DNA of 64,000 nucleotides from Ignavibacteriota bacterium. GTDB lineage: Bacteria; Bacteroidota; Ignavibacteria; UBA10030; UBA6906. The position numbers and the translations under genes are program-made. Below are positions 21,090-30,988 of this stretch, one piece after another. The stretch is taken from the NCBI GenBank assembly GCA_963801355.1, contig CAWDEM010000004.1, positions 416,001-480,000 on the forward strand. The letters run 5' to 3'. Below the pieces are notes generated by a model. That model did no database searches. It was not told the origin of the DNA and saw only the letters and a program-made list of their open reading frames with translations. How positions within the stretch are numbered: the first letter of the stretch is position 1; every line of letters begins with the position of its first letter.

Positions 21090-22256
21090 ATGAAGCTCCG
21101 ATCGTACGCCGCCGCCAGCGTTTTGTGCGCTGCTCTTGCGCCTCCTCTCCTCCCCGCGCAGATACTCAGTGTGCCCCCGCGTCCCGCCGGGGCACCGGGT
21201 GGCGACGCATTTGCAGCGTCAGTGTCTTCGCTGACGCGCGAACAGCGCGAAGAACAGATCTTCCTGGAGGTGACATCCGGCAACGTGCCCGACTTTTTCC
21301 GCCGGTGCGTTCCGATCACCACTATGATTTCCCTCCTTGACGGCAAGCTCAGAACCGCACAATGGTATGTGACTCCGGAGTACATCGCGATCGGGAGCGA
21401 CGACGACTACTTCCTGATGCCTATGACTCCGGTGTGCGCACAGAAAATCGCCGATGCCCTTGGCTGCTCACTGCCGACGCGAAAAATGGTCGACGCCATC
21501 TACTCCGCCGCATCCGTCAAAGTCGCGCCGATTCCGATTCCGCCGAGCGCGGCAATGATCACCGTTCCTGTGTTCAAGCAACACAACGACACGCTGCGGC
21601 TTCAGCGCGCTGCGCTTCTTGCGGAGCATCCACTCGGTGAACTGGTGGCGGGCCACAAGAAAGACGTGATCATCTCGAATGCCATTACCACGAACCTCAA
21701 ACCCGCTGTACCGAAACCGGTGGTAATTTATGGCTGGCACCAGCTCAACGGAGTCCCGATACAACCCCTGTATAACGGCCATGCGGAAACATATGCGGAT
21801 TACAGCCACGGCATACGGCTGGTGCAGCGTGCCGTGCTTCTCGACAGTGCTGTCACGACCCTGGAAGACGTACTGCGGGACGGAGTGCTGTGGCCTTTGC
21901 TCAGTGATGAGGGGGCGATAGCACATCCGCGCTATGGAGAGCTGCCCACTTCGGCTCCACGCGAGGACGCCGCTCCTGCAGCTCCTGAAGGCTTCGAACT
22001 CCTGCAGAACTATCCGAATCCATTCAATCCGAGAACAACGATAGGCTACCGGCTGGAGGCGGAAGGCGACAGGTGGGTGACGCTTGCCGTGTACGACCTG
22101 CTGGGCCGGGAGGTGGCTCTATTGGTGAACGAACAAAAGGGGGCGGGGGAGTACGCCGTTTCCTTTGATGCGGGCGGTTTGTCGAGCGGTTTCTATCTCT
22201 GCCGGCTGCGGACGGGGACAGAGGCGGCGGTGCGGGGTATGGTGTTGATGCGGTGA
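21090..22256 (+). CDS. Secreted protein: uncharacterised N-terminal domain plus T9SS C-terminal sorting domain
   Basis: Signal peptide; QNYPNPFNP...YDLLGREV...LSSGFY. Confidence 0.8.
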   Translation: MKLRSYAAASVLCAALAPPLLPAQILSVPPRPAGAPGGDAFAASVSSLTREQREEQIFLEVTSGNVPDFFRRCVPITTMISLLDGKLRTAQWYVTPEYIAIGSDDDYFLMPMTPVCAQKIADALGCSLPTRKMVDAIYSAASVKVAPIPIPPSAAMITVPVFKQHNDTLRLQRAALLAEHPLGELVAGHKKDVIISNAITTNLKPAVPKPVVIYGWHQLNGVPIQPLYNGHAETYADYSHGIRLVQRAVLLDSAVTTLEDVLRDGVLWPLLSDEGAIAHPRYGELPTSAPREDAAPAAPEGFELLQNYPNPFNPRTTIGYRLEAEGDRWVTLAVYDLLGREVALLVNEQKGAGEYAVSFDAGGLSSGFYLCRLRTGTEAAVRGMVLMR

Positions 22257-22373
22257 ACACATACGACCCCTTGGGGGGGGAAGGGAACAAACCTTTTTGA
22301 CCGACTGTTGTCAAAAGGAGAGAGAGGAAGTCGTTGTGCAAACACCATATCATTCACAATACCGGAGCATCGC

Positions 22374-22691
22374 ATGAAGCGCATATTGCTTTTTGTGCTC
22401 TCTGTGGCACTTCTCGGCAGTGTAGCGTCCGCACAGACTGCGACACCGAAGGTAACTAAACGCCAGATCCATCAGCAGCAACGGATCAAAGAGGGTGTCA
22501 AGAGTGATGAGCTGACGAAGGGAGAGGCTAAACGACTGGAAGCTCAGCAAGGCAAGATCGCCGTGGACAAAGCCAAGGCCAAATCGGACGGCGTCGTCAC
22601 GAAAGAGGAACGCGCGAAGCTGCGGCGGGAGCAAAACCGCGCGAGCAAGAATGTCTATAGGAAGAAACACAACGCGGCGGATCGCAACTGA
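22374..22691 (+). CDS. Small secreted basic hypothetical protein
   Basis: Signal peptide, RQIHQQQRIKEGVKSDELTKGE / SDGVVTKEER repeats. Confidence 0.75.
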   Translation: MKRILLFVLSVALLGSVASAQTATPKVTKRQIHQQQRIKEGVKSDELTKGEAKRLEAQQGKIAVDKAKAKSDGVVTKEERAKLRREQNRASKNVYRKKHNAADRN

Positions 22692-22750
22692 GCGTCTGTT
22701 CGTGTTCCTTGTACACGGCGGATCCGCTGCCGGGCGGTTCCGCCGCTTTG

Positions 22751-24421
22751 TTAGCGCGAGAGCTTCTTGTATTTAATTCTGCGCGGCCGGTCGGCCTCGA
22801 TGCCCAGGCGCTTGTGTCTATCAACCTCGTATTCACTGTAGTTCCCGTCGTACCAGACCACTTTGCTTTCCCCTTCGAATGCGAGGATGTGCGTGGCGAT
22901 CCGGTCGAGGAACCACCGGTCGTGGGAAATCACCACCGCGCATCCGGCGAATGCGAGGATGGCGTCTTCCAGCGCCCGGAGTGTGTGGACGTCAAGATCG
23001 TTCGTCGGTTCATCCAGCAACAGCACATTGCCCCCCTCCTTGAGCATTTTGGCGAGGTGAACACGATTGCGTTCACCCCCTGAGAGCGCGACGGTTTTCT
23101 TCTGCTGATCCGTTCCGCTGAAGTTGAACCGTGCCACGTAGGCACGGGAGTTCACTTCCCGGTGACCGAGTTGCAGAATATCTTCGCCCCCCGAGATCTC
23201 CTGCCAGATGCTTTTATTCGGATCGAGTGGTCGATTCTGGTCGATGTATCCGATCTTCACCGTGTCACCGGTTTTGAATGTACCGCTGTCCGGTTTCTCC
23301 TGGCCGATGATCATTTTGAACAGCGTGGTTTTTCCCGCGCCGTTCGGGCCGATGACGCCGATGATGCCACCCGGAGGCAGCTGGAAGGTCAGATCTTCAA
23401 AGAGAACGTTGTCGCCGTATGCTTTGCTGACGTGAAGGGCTTCGACTACGACATTGCCAAGGCGGGGGCCGGGAGGTATGAAGATCTCCAATTCTTCGTT
23501 GCGCTTCTCCGTTTCTTCTGCGAGCAGGTTCTCGTAGGCCGTGATACGTGCTTTGCTCTTTGCGTGGCGCCCGCGTGGGTTCATGCGGATCCATTCAAGT
23601 TCACGTTCGAGAGTTTTCTGACGTTTCGACTCCTGCTTCTCTTCTATCGCCAGGCGTGCCCTTTTTTGCTCGAGCCATGATGAATAGTTGCCCTGGAACG
23701 GAATTCCCTGGCCCCTGTCCAGTTCGAGGATCCATCCCGCAACGTTGTCCAGAAAATAGCGGTCATGCGTCACGGCCAGGACGGTCCCCTCGTACTCCGC
23801 CAAATGCCGTTCGAGCCATGCCACAGATTCGGCGTCGAGATGGTTTGTGGGTTCATCAAGCAGCAGCACATCGGGTTTTTGAAGCAGCAACCGGCAGAGC
23901 GCGACGCGCCTCCGCTCTCCGCCGGAGAGTACCTTTACAGAAGTTTCCCCGGGAGGACACCGGAGAGCGTCCATGGCCTGTTCAAGCTTGCTCTCGAGGT
24001 CCCATGCATTCAGGTGGTCGATCTTCTCCTGCAAAGCCGCCTGCTTCTCGAGCAGTCTGTCAAAATCGGCGTCGGGATCGGAGAGCTGGTTGCTCACCTC
24101 TTCATACTGCCGGAGAATTGCCGTGGTTGCAGCGACTCCTTCTTCTACAATCTCACGGACAGTCTTCGTGGCATCCAGCTCCGGCTCCTGCGGAAGGTAA
24201 CCGAAGGTGATTCCTTTCTGCACGGTGATCTCGCCGAGGTAGTCCTTGTCAACGCCGGCAATGATCTTCAGGATCGAGCTCTTGCCCGCGCCGTTCAATC
24301 CGAGCACCCCGATCTTTGCGCCATAGAAGAACGAAAGATAGATATCCTTGAGAACCTGCCGGTTGGGAGGGTATACCTTCCCAACGCCGACCATCGAAAA
24401 GATGATTTTGTTGTCAGCCAT
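22751..24421 (-). CDS. ettA: Energy-dependent translational throttle ABC-F protein
   Basis: Two NBDs (GLNGAGKS, GPNGAGKT), LSGGE, DEPTN, YSSWLEQK. Confidence 0.95.
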   Translation of the reverse strand: MADNKIIFSMVGVGKVYPPNRQVLKDIYLSFFYGAKIGVLGLNGAGKSSILKIIAGVDKDYLGEITVQKGITFGYLPQEPELDATKTVREIVEEGVAATTAILRQYEEVSNQLSDPDADFDRLLEKQAALQEKIDHLNAWDLESKLEQAMDALRCPPGETSVKVLSGGERRRVALCRLLLQKPDVLLLDEPTNHLDAESVAWLERHLAEYEGTVLAVTHDRYFLDNVAGWILELDRGQGIPFQGNYSSWLEQKRARLAIEEKQESKRQKTLERELEWIRMNPRGRHAKSKARITAYENLLAEETEKRNEELEIFIPPGPRLGNVVVEALHVSKAYGDNVLFEDLTFQLPPGGIIGVIGPNGAGKTTLFKMIIGQEKPDSGTFKTGDTVKIGYIDQNRPLDPNKSIWQEISGGEDILQLGHREVNSRAYVARFNFSGTDQQKKTVALSGGERNRVHLAKMLKEGGNVLLLDEPTNDLDVHTLRALEDAILAFAGCAVVISHDRWFLDRIATHILAFEGESKVVWYDGNYSEYEVDRHKRLGIEADRPRRIKYKKLSR

Positions 24422-25199
24422 GATCCACCAGCATAACCGGTTGCAGTGATGTGAGAACGGGTTCTCCGGGATAATAGACGCGCTCCAGGAAGAGTCCGGA
24501 AGGAGGAGCCGTCAGGCGTGCCGGGGCGTCCGAGTGACTGCTCAGGTACCCCTGTACGTCGTTCAGCGACAGTGTACCGCGGCCTACACCTGCGAGCACG
24601 CCTACCAGACGGCGCACCATCTTCCAGATGAAGTGTGAACCGCGGATGCGGAACAGAATGAGATCGCCAACTCCCTCGAGCCGAAGTTCTTCGATAAGGA
24701 CCTTGGTCGATGGTCGTTCGGGGTCTTCCTCGGCAAAAGAACGAAAGTCTTTCATGCCGCGGAACAACTCCATGGCCTCAGCCATACGCGCTGCATCGAG
24801 AGGGTCCTTGATCCACCAGACGAAACGTTTGCCCAGTGCTGTCCGGCGCCGGGAGATCTGGTATAGGTAACTGCGGGAAACGGCATGGTGTCGCGCATGG
24901 AAATTCGGCGTGGCTTTTGTGACACTCAGGATGTTAATATCCGCCGGCAGGATGTCATTGAGTTTCATGCGGAGGATCTCGGGGGCGAGCATGGTGCGCA
25001 GATCGAGATGGGCGACCTGCCCCAGCGCATGGACGCCGGCGTCGGTTCGACCCGCGCCATGGAACTCGAACTCCGTACTCTCTCCGACCTCCTGGATGGC
25101 ACGCTGAAGTTCCCCCTGTACAGAACGGGCGTTCTTCTGCACCTGCCAACCGCGGTAGCGGGTTCCTTCATATTCAATTGTCAGCCGGAAGCGTCCCAT
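24414..25199 (-). CDS. truA: tRNA pseudouridine(38-40) synthase
   Basis: EYEGTRYRGWQ, AGRTDAGVHA, FHARH, TAPPSGLFL. Confidence 0.93.
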   Translation of the reverse strand: MGRFRLTIEYEGTRYRGWQVQKNARSVQGELQRAIQEVGESTEFEFHGAGRTDAGVHALGQVAHLDLRTMLAPEILRMKLNDILPADINILSVTKATPNFHARHHAVSRSYLYQISRRRTALGKRFVWWIKDPLDAARMAEAMELFRGMKDFRSFAEEDPERPSTKVLIEELRLEGVGDLILFRIRGSHFIWKMVRRLVGVLAGVGRGTLSLNDVQGYLSSHSDAPARLTAPPSGLFLERVYYPGEPVLTSLQPVMLVDHG

Positions 25200-25258
25200 G
25201 GAAAATGAAAGGGGACCATGGGCACCCATGATCCCCTCCATGAAGGTTCAGAACCCAG

Positions 25259-25759
25259 TTACTTCATTTTCTTTGGCAGCTTTGCAGTCAGTGCATCGAC
25301 AAATGTGGAGTGGCTTGCCATGCTTTCCTTTGCCAGTGTGAGGGCTTCCTGGACCTGGTGTTCCACACCAACCAGTTCCTCCTGGGTCTTCTTGAGCGAT
25401 TCCATGACCACTTCATGCTTGGCATTGGGATCGTACGGTTTGAATCCCTTCATCCATGTGCTCATCGCTTCCTTCGCCGATGCGATCTTCTCCTTTGCGG
25501 CAAGGAGGTCCTTTACGTCGTGGCCGGCAAACTGCTTGGGCAGTTTCTTCGCCAGCGAATCATGCTTGGCGACCATAGCCGCAATCTGGGCGGTGGTTTC
25601 GTCAAGGCCGGACATCGCCTTCATCATGTCATCGTGCTTCTGCATGACTTCCGTGTTCAAGTCTGCTTCGAGTTTCTTCATCTGGTCGGATTTTCCACAT
25701 CCGGCGCAGAGCACCGCAACAGCGATGCATACAACCACCATCAACTGAAGTGCTTTCAT
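25259..25759 (-). CDS. Helical lipoprotein, hypothetical
   Basis: Lipobox CAGC, EVMQKHD, AMSTWM. Confidence 0.7.
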   Translation of the reverse strand: MKALQLMVVVCIAVAVLCAGCGKSDQMKKLEADLNTEVMQKHDDMMKAMSGLDETTAQIAAMVAKHDSLAKKLPKQFAGHDVKDLLAAKEKIASAKEAMSTWMKGFKPYDPNAKHEVVMESLKKTQEELVGVEHQVQEALTLAKESMASHSTFVDALTAKLPKKMK

Positions 25760-25883
25760 GTGGCTACCCTCCTGTATGAGAGATTATGGTGAGGCAGGGG
25801 AAACGGATCCAATATACGAAGATTTTCTTTTCAAGTGAAGGGCATATGCATCCACGCACTTTTCGTGCTGAACGTAAGGAGAT

Positions 25884-26174
25884 TCAGCGAGGCGAAGAGG
25901 GTGAGTCTTCTGAAGTGATTTTCAACAGTTTTTGCAGCATCCGTTCTTCGGAGTGAAACACCTCTGAGAGGCCGTCGATAAAGAAATAGACGCGTTCTTT
26001 GGGTGTAATGAAAATACCGTTGCGGCGTGTCATGATTTGCTTCTGGACACCGAGGTATTCGTCCCGGTAGAGCATGCAATGATGCCGCTTGAGGTAGACA
26101 CTGGCAGTGAATTTCCATTGAGGTTCGGCAATGGTCATTGGAGCCGCTGGTTGGCCTTTTAGTGTGATTTGCAT
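25884..26174 (-). CDS. Hypothetical protein
   Basis: Protein-like ORF; start uncertain. Confidence 0.4.
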   Translation of the reverse strand: MQITLKGQPAAPMTIAEPQWKFTASVYLKRHHCMLYRDEYLGVQKQIMTRRNGIFITPKERVYFFIDGLSEVFHSEERMLQKLLKITSEDSPSSPR

Positions 26175-26272
26175 CGTGTGGCAGTAATAAAGGATCCTGC
26201 ACAATAATATAGAAAATCCAGTTATTGCGCAATGGGATGCAGTGCACCGAGCATGCAGTGAACCAAGCCGGG

Positions 26273-26301
26273 TTGAAGGATTGCAGGAATCTTTGTATAC
26301 T
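26273..26301 (+). promoter_or_regulatory. sigma70-type promoter for the GIY-YIG/tRNA-Pro unit
   Basis: TTGAAG-17 nt-TATACT. Confidence 0.6.
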
Positions 26302-26368
26302 TGTGACAATCACGTGCCCGACCGCGTCGGGACGGACCCGGCAGCAGACCGAGGTTTGGATTGGTTTT

Positions 26369-26463
26369 CGGGGCGTAGCTCAGCTCCGTCTCCGCCTTCG
26401 GCGGAGACGAGAGTTTCGTCCCCGACAGGGTCGGGGACGGACCCGGCAGCGCTTGGTGTGGGA
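26369..26463 (+). pseudogene. Degenerate 5' half of tRNA-Pro with a 57-nt palindromic insertion
   Basis: CGGGGCGTAGCTCAGC [26385-26441] CCCGGCAGCGCTTGGTGTGGGA matches the 5' half of the tRNA at 26721. Confidence 0.75.
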
Positions 26464-26477
26464 GCTTAGGAAGCAGC

Positions 26478-26744
26478 ATGTACGCTGTGTACGTATTGCA
26501 GAGTGAATTGGACGGAAGTTACTATGTGGGACAGACTTCCGATCTTGAAGATAGGCTGAAGCGCCACAATCGAGGAACCGAAAGGGCATCTCGAAGCAAG
26601 AGACCTTGGAGGCTGGTGTATGCAGAAGAGTACACCACCCGGCGCGAAGCAATGCACCGTGAAGAAGAAATCAAGGCGCGCAAGAAACGTGCGTTCATCG
26701 ACAAGCTTGTAGCAACACATCGGGGCGTAGCTCAGCCCGGCTAG
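26478..26744 (+). CDS. Small stand-alone GIY-YIG nuclease
   Basis: VYVLQS...YYVGQTSDLEDRLKRHN, RPWRLVYAE, AMHREEEIK; stop codon inside the tRNA D-loop. Confidence 0.88.
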   Translation: MYAVYVLQSELDGSYYVGQTSDLEDRLKRHNRGTERASRSKRPWRLVYAEEYTTRREAMHREEEIKARKKRAFIDKLVATHRGVAQPG

Positions 26745-26795
26745 AGCGCTTGGTTTGGGACCAAGAAGTCGCAGGTTCAAATCCTGTCGCCCCGA
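26721..26795 (+). tRNA. tRNA-Pro(TGG)
   Basis: Cloverleaf: CGGGGCG/CGCCCCG acceptor, CTTGG-TTTGGGA-CCAAG anticodon arm, GCAGG-TTCAAAT-CCTGT T arm; CCA not encoded. Confidence 0.97.
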
Positions 26796-26802
26796 CGAAA
26801 AA
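26753..26802 (+). repeat. attL core (50-bp direct repeat)
   Basis: GTTTGGGACCAAGAAGTCGCAGGTTCAAATCCTGTCGCCCCGACGAAAAA, identical at 60802-60851. Confidence 0.95.
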
Positions 26803-26858
26803 AGGCAGTTTTGCACGGTAGGAAAAGGAACTGTGCGCAGATTGTGCGTGGTTTCATA

Positions 26859-27881
26859 TCAGTTCCGAGGTAGGACAAGCCGCGATGCCGCCAAGGTGTC
26901 GCGGCTTTCGTATGTATGTGTATAGACCTTCGTGCTCTCTGGATCCTTGTGACCAAGGAATGCCTGTAACACATTCCAGGGTGTTCCCGCCGATGCCCTC
27001 CACGTCGCGCATGTGTGACGAAGAACGTGAAAGGTATAGGACGCTGGCAATTCGGCTTTCTCCACGTAGTCCCGGAATCGTGCTGTCAACGTTTCGGGGT
27101 GACACGATATGAGTCTGTCGGGAACCTTACTCTGGAGCATGAGCCGTCGGATGATGGCGGCAAGCCTCCTGTCAATGGGGATTTCCCGGTAGTCCTTCTG
27201 CTTGCTTTGAGGAATGCGAAGCGTCCGGCCTTCCAGGTCCACGTGTTCAGACACTCGTATCGCTGTACCTTCAGCCCGTCGTGCGCCTGTAACTATATAG
27301 AAATCAATGATGTCCCGAAATGATTCATCGTCCACCTTCGTCATGAGGGTCTTGTACTGTTCGCGTGTAAGGTAACGAGGTGGCTTCTTTTCCTTTTTTG
27401 GAAGCTCCACGAAGTCCACGGGGTTCTCATGGACCAAACGCAATCGCTTCCCCAACTTGAATGCCGCAGAGATTACCCGTACCTCGTTGATCACGGTCTT
27501 GACGCTTTTGTTGTCGGCCAGTCGGAACGACATATAGGCCTCTATCTTCGCGGAGTCTATCAGGTGTGCTTGTTCATCGACGTGAAGAAATTCCCCAAAG
27601 TTCACCAACGCGGCTTTGATGGCTGCAAGGGTTTCGGGTTCTCGTTGAAGCGCGGCCTTCCGTTCCCGGAATTTCCTGGCGAGCTCGGAGAATCGCACGC
27701 TCGAGGGTTCCGCTGTGTATATCCCTGCCTCTCTCAAAGCTAGCCTCCGTTCCTCTTCCGCGCGGATTGCATCGGCGGTCTTTGCATCCGTGGTGTCGAG
27801 TGAGCGGCGAGGAATCCCGGTCTTCTTCGGGTACCTGAGCCACCAGACTTTTCCTCGTCGATACTTGGTTACGCGCGCCAT
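26859..27881 (-). CDS. Tyrosine recombinase/integrase
   Basis: TGARRAE, K, FHVLRHT, LGHKD, VY catalytic residues. Confidence 0.93.
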   Translation of the reverse strand: MARVTKYRRGKVWWLRYPKKTGIPRRSLDTTDAKTADAIRAEEERRLALREAGIYTAEPSSVRFSELARKFRERKAALQREPETLAAIKAALVNFGEFLHVDEQAHLIDSAKIEAYMSFRLADNKSVKTVINEVRVISAAFKLGKRLRLVHENPVDFVELPKKEKKPPRYLTREQYKTLMTKVDDESFRDIIDFYIVTGARRAEGTAIRVSEHVDLEGRTLRIPQSKQKDYREIPIDRRLAAIIRRLMLQSKVPDRLISCHPETLTARFRDYVEKAELPASYTFHVLRHTCATWRASAGTPWNVLQAFLGHKDPESTKVYTHTYESRDTLAASRLVLPRN

Positions 27882-28021
27882 AGATCATCCTCCTCAAAAC
27901 ACAAAGCACCGGTCCACTGTCAGGCCGTCACGGCCTTTGCAGAACCGGTGCCGTTGTCACCCCGAAGGGTGAACGAATTGATAACGGTGTGTGACGGTTG
28001 ACAGCGGATGCGAATATACAA

Positions 28022-28315
28022 TCATTCACCCCCCGTTGTCAAGTTAATCATCTCCGCACTGAATAGTGGGGCGTGAATCTGCGTGCGTCTCCTCGTATGC
28101 GCATTGTATGAGTGGGCCATGTTGCCGACGGTGCGCCGATCGATCATGGCTTCAATATCCCGCCGTCTCCACCTCCAGCCGCGAGATGATTCAAAGAGTT
28201 TGACAGCACAGGATCGAAGTTCTCCTGAATGTAGCATCTTGTAGACCATGCTGCGGGAGCATCTCAACATCATCGCCACCTCTGCCGCCGTCAGTATTTC
28301 GTCGCCCCTATCCAA
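28022..28315 (-). CDS. Excisionase-like HTH protein
   Basis: ILTAAEVAMMLRCSRSMVYKM...WRWRRRDIE. Confidence 0.8.
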   Translation of the reverse strand: MDRGDEILTAAEVAMMLRCSRSMVYKMLHSGELRSCAVKLFESSRGWRWRRRDIEAMIDRRTVGNMAHSYNAHTRRRTQIHAPLFSAEMINLTTGGE

Positions 28316-28399
28316 CAGTAGTCACTTCCCCTCGTCGCTTGCAGCCGGGAATCCCGGAAGGGGTTTCCGGCCTTGCTCCGCCACGTGGTTTTGACCTTT

Positions 28400-28615
28400 A
28401 GACATGTGGACATTCCCTATAGCGGGGTGTGTCCATGTCCATACTCTTGGACACCGAGGACGCCTAAAATCTCTCCCCTGTCCATTTGGACATTTGGACA
28501 CTACACTATAGGAGGTGTCCAATTGTCCATTTCCCTCCTGGTCGATTTGGACGCCATTTAGACCTGTGTCCATTGGACTAACCTTCCCTTTGGACATCTG
28601 GACATGTGTCCATTT
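28400..28615. repeat. Iteron cluster, putative replication origin
   Basis: About 13 exact TGGACA/TGTCCA hexamers in both orientations at the 3' end of the helicase gene. Confidence 0.7.
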
Positions 28616-30487
28616 GGGGAAGGGAATACCACCCGTGCCGAGGCTTCAGGATCTTCCCGGACTCAATGGCCTCGTTCAGTTGCCGTTGGATTGTCTTTGG
28701 GTTGTACCCATAGCCCTCACAGGCCTTGAGGATGTCAGCGAAACGCATCTCCCCGTTGTCAAGTATAGCTTCGAAATCGATCACGTCCTTTGCGGTGTAC
28801 CCGGTCGATATGTGGTCACTTTCATTAACTTCTCCCAGGTCATAGAACCAAAGGGTTTCGGGGTTGAGCGCAAGAAGCCGTGCCGTCTTGTTGTCGTCGC
28901 CTGAGTGTCGCAATTTGGTTGCTTTTAAAATTCGCTTCGTCTCTTCAGTCTGTGAACGCCGAAGCATAAGGACCGTGTCGGCTGCAGCTCCGAATACTCC
29001 CGCCCCGCGCATAAGTTCACTGTTGAGCCGTTGTTCTCTGCCGCCTTTCTTCAGGTGATGAACCACGATGACGCAAGTCCCGTGTTTGTCACGGATGGCC
29101 TGAAGTTGTCGCATGAGGTCCTTCATCTTGCTGGAGTCGTTCTCATCCTCATTGTGCGCGAAGTACAAACAATCCAGTAGGACCAACGCTGGCTTCTCCG
29201 TTTCACACAGCTGATCCAGGATCTCATAACACTCAGAAAGCGGAGGTACCTGTTCCGGACAGATGAAGTTGTCCAATAGTGCGAGATTCGGCAGCGCCTT
29301 TGTCATGCTCTGAAACCGGCGCACAACGTCCTCGATGTAGAGTTCGTTGTTCAGGAAAATCACCGGTCCCGGTTGCGCGATCCACCATTCAAGGAACTTG
29401 GGCGCAGAGGTAGCTACAGTGATACCAAGGTTCATAGCAAGTATGGATTTCCCAGAACCTTCTTCGCCCGCAATGAACCCCAAGGACTTGCTGCGAAGGA
29501 TTCCTTTAAGCAAATCCGGTGCGTTGGATATGGGCATCGCTGACATCATGCCGCCCCTGATTATGTTGAAGGATTTCGGTTCCCTGTCATGATCCCTTTT
29601 GAATAAACTCTCAACCGTCTGTTGGATTTCCCTTTCCGGCAAAGGGGTTGGGAGTAATGTCGTTCCAGTTCGTGACTATGCCCAACGCTAAGCCTTCTCT
29701 TATGCGTCTGGTCTTCAGGTGCCCGATGATCTTTGTCAACTGGTTGTGTCGCCTGCCGACCGGAAGCAGCGGCAAGCAACGATTCCGCTTCAGGTGATGA
29801 TTGATCGGTGGATCTGGGAAGGATGCTCACCAACCGCGCAATTATCTCTGGATCGTTCTTCTCGATGACCGGCTTGAAGGTGTTCCAGGTGTTGTCGATG
29901 AACAGCGTTGTTCCTTGACTTACGCACGGAGGGAAATGCGGTAGGCTGATGCTGCTTCCCACCGACCCGGGTTGCAACGTGTCTTGCTTCGGAATGATCT
30001 CAATACTTGGCTTGCGTTTGCCTTCTGATTCCAGCTGGGCAAGTTCCGCTTCAACAACCGAAACCAGAACACGCCGAACAGCTTTCGCCGAAACGGGCGC
30101 AATGAAGAATGTGTCAATGTGGCGATTGCCACCTCCGCTCTTGGACACCGACACGTAGGAGTTTATGGCGTTGGCTCGGAGTCTGTCAACGATCCGGAAT
30201 GCCAGAACATGACAGACTGCTATCATATCTTCGTCGACATCGTCGTGCGCGTCAATGTCGATTGTGGCAAACCAAACAGTGCCATCATCGAGAACTGGGT
30301 AGATAGCGACCTGATTTCGCCCAGCAGAGTGATCCTCAATCATCGCCTGGAATTGCCCAGCCTGCGGCCTCAGGCACTTCCAGCCGCTCTCGTATCTCAC
30401 TCCAACAACATCTCTACGTCCTACGTAGTGAGTGAGTAGGTCCTCCGGCGTGAAAAGCTCTGTCGGATTCTGCACTTCTGTGTTCAT
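28578..30487 (-). CDS. AEP (TOTE-like) primase fused to RecA/RepA-type AAA_25 helicase, frameshifted near 29640-29760
   Basis: AIYPV..WFATIDID, SKSGGGNRH, EIIPKQ; PriCT-like PLPEREIQQTVES; GEEGSGKS, LLDC, VVHHLKK, RGAG. Confidence 0.8.
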
Positions 30488-30599
30488 TGTTTTTCCATCT
30501 GACCAAGGTACAGACTGGTCGGTGGCTTCCATGATTTGGCCAGACCGCGCGACCAAGGACACCAACAAGCGTGTCTCCATCGGCTGGGGCACCGCGTCT

Positions 30600-30791
30600 T
30601 TTTCTGGCGAGTGCTTGGCATTTTGGGATCTGCAACCCCGGCCGATTCCTTTCCTATTGGGATTTTTGCCAAATCGACAGCGGGTACAGACCGCAGTCAG
30701 GGATCACGCATTCTGAAACCTCCTCAGCGTTACCGCCACTACACTCAAGGCAGTGCCTCCGGATCAGCTTCAATGGGCTAACTTGTTTCAT
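30600..30791 (-). CDS. Small Cys-rich phage-type protein (frameshifted; end approximate)
   Basis: MKQVSPLKLIRRHCLECSGGNAEEVSECVIPDCGLYPL, then FGKNP in the next frame; GGGAG RBS. Confidence 0.55.
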
Positions 30792-30988
30792 GTTACTCTC
30801 CCCGTCTATAATGCAGAAGCCGTGTCGCCCTTAGCTCGTTTGTGTCAGCATTCGAGGGGCAACACGGCTTTGCATCTCCCGTCATTCGCGTTGAGCTAAA
30901 TATCGAACGCTGACAGGAGTAAAGATCGTGCTAAAGTGAGATCAATGTTTCACGTGAATGTTCACATTTTTTCACGTGACTGTTATCC

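Noticed and set aside
1125-24436. Long antisense ORFs (e.g. 1125-2414, 10541-11779, 17756-18742)
   Set aside because: Shadow ORFs of GC-rich genes with no recognisable motifs.
26859-27881. This integrase (or the one at 60937) as the integron integrase for the attC-like sites
   Set aside because: Both abut tRNA att sites, have phage-type N-terminal arm-binding regions, and show no IntI-specific insertion that I could recognise.
28322-28597. 91-aa ORF between the helicase and HTH genes
   Set aside because: It overlaps the iteron field, and its sequence reflects the repeats.
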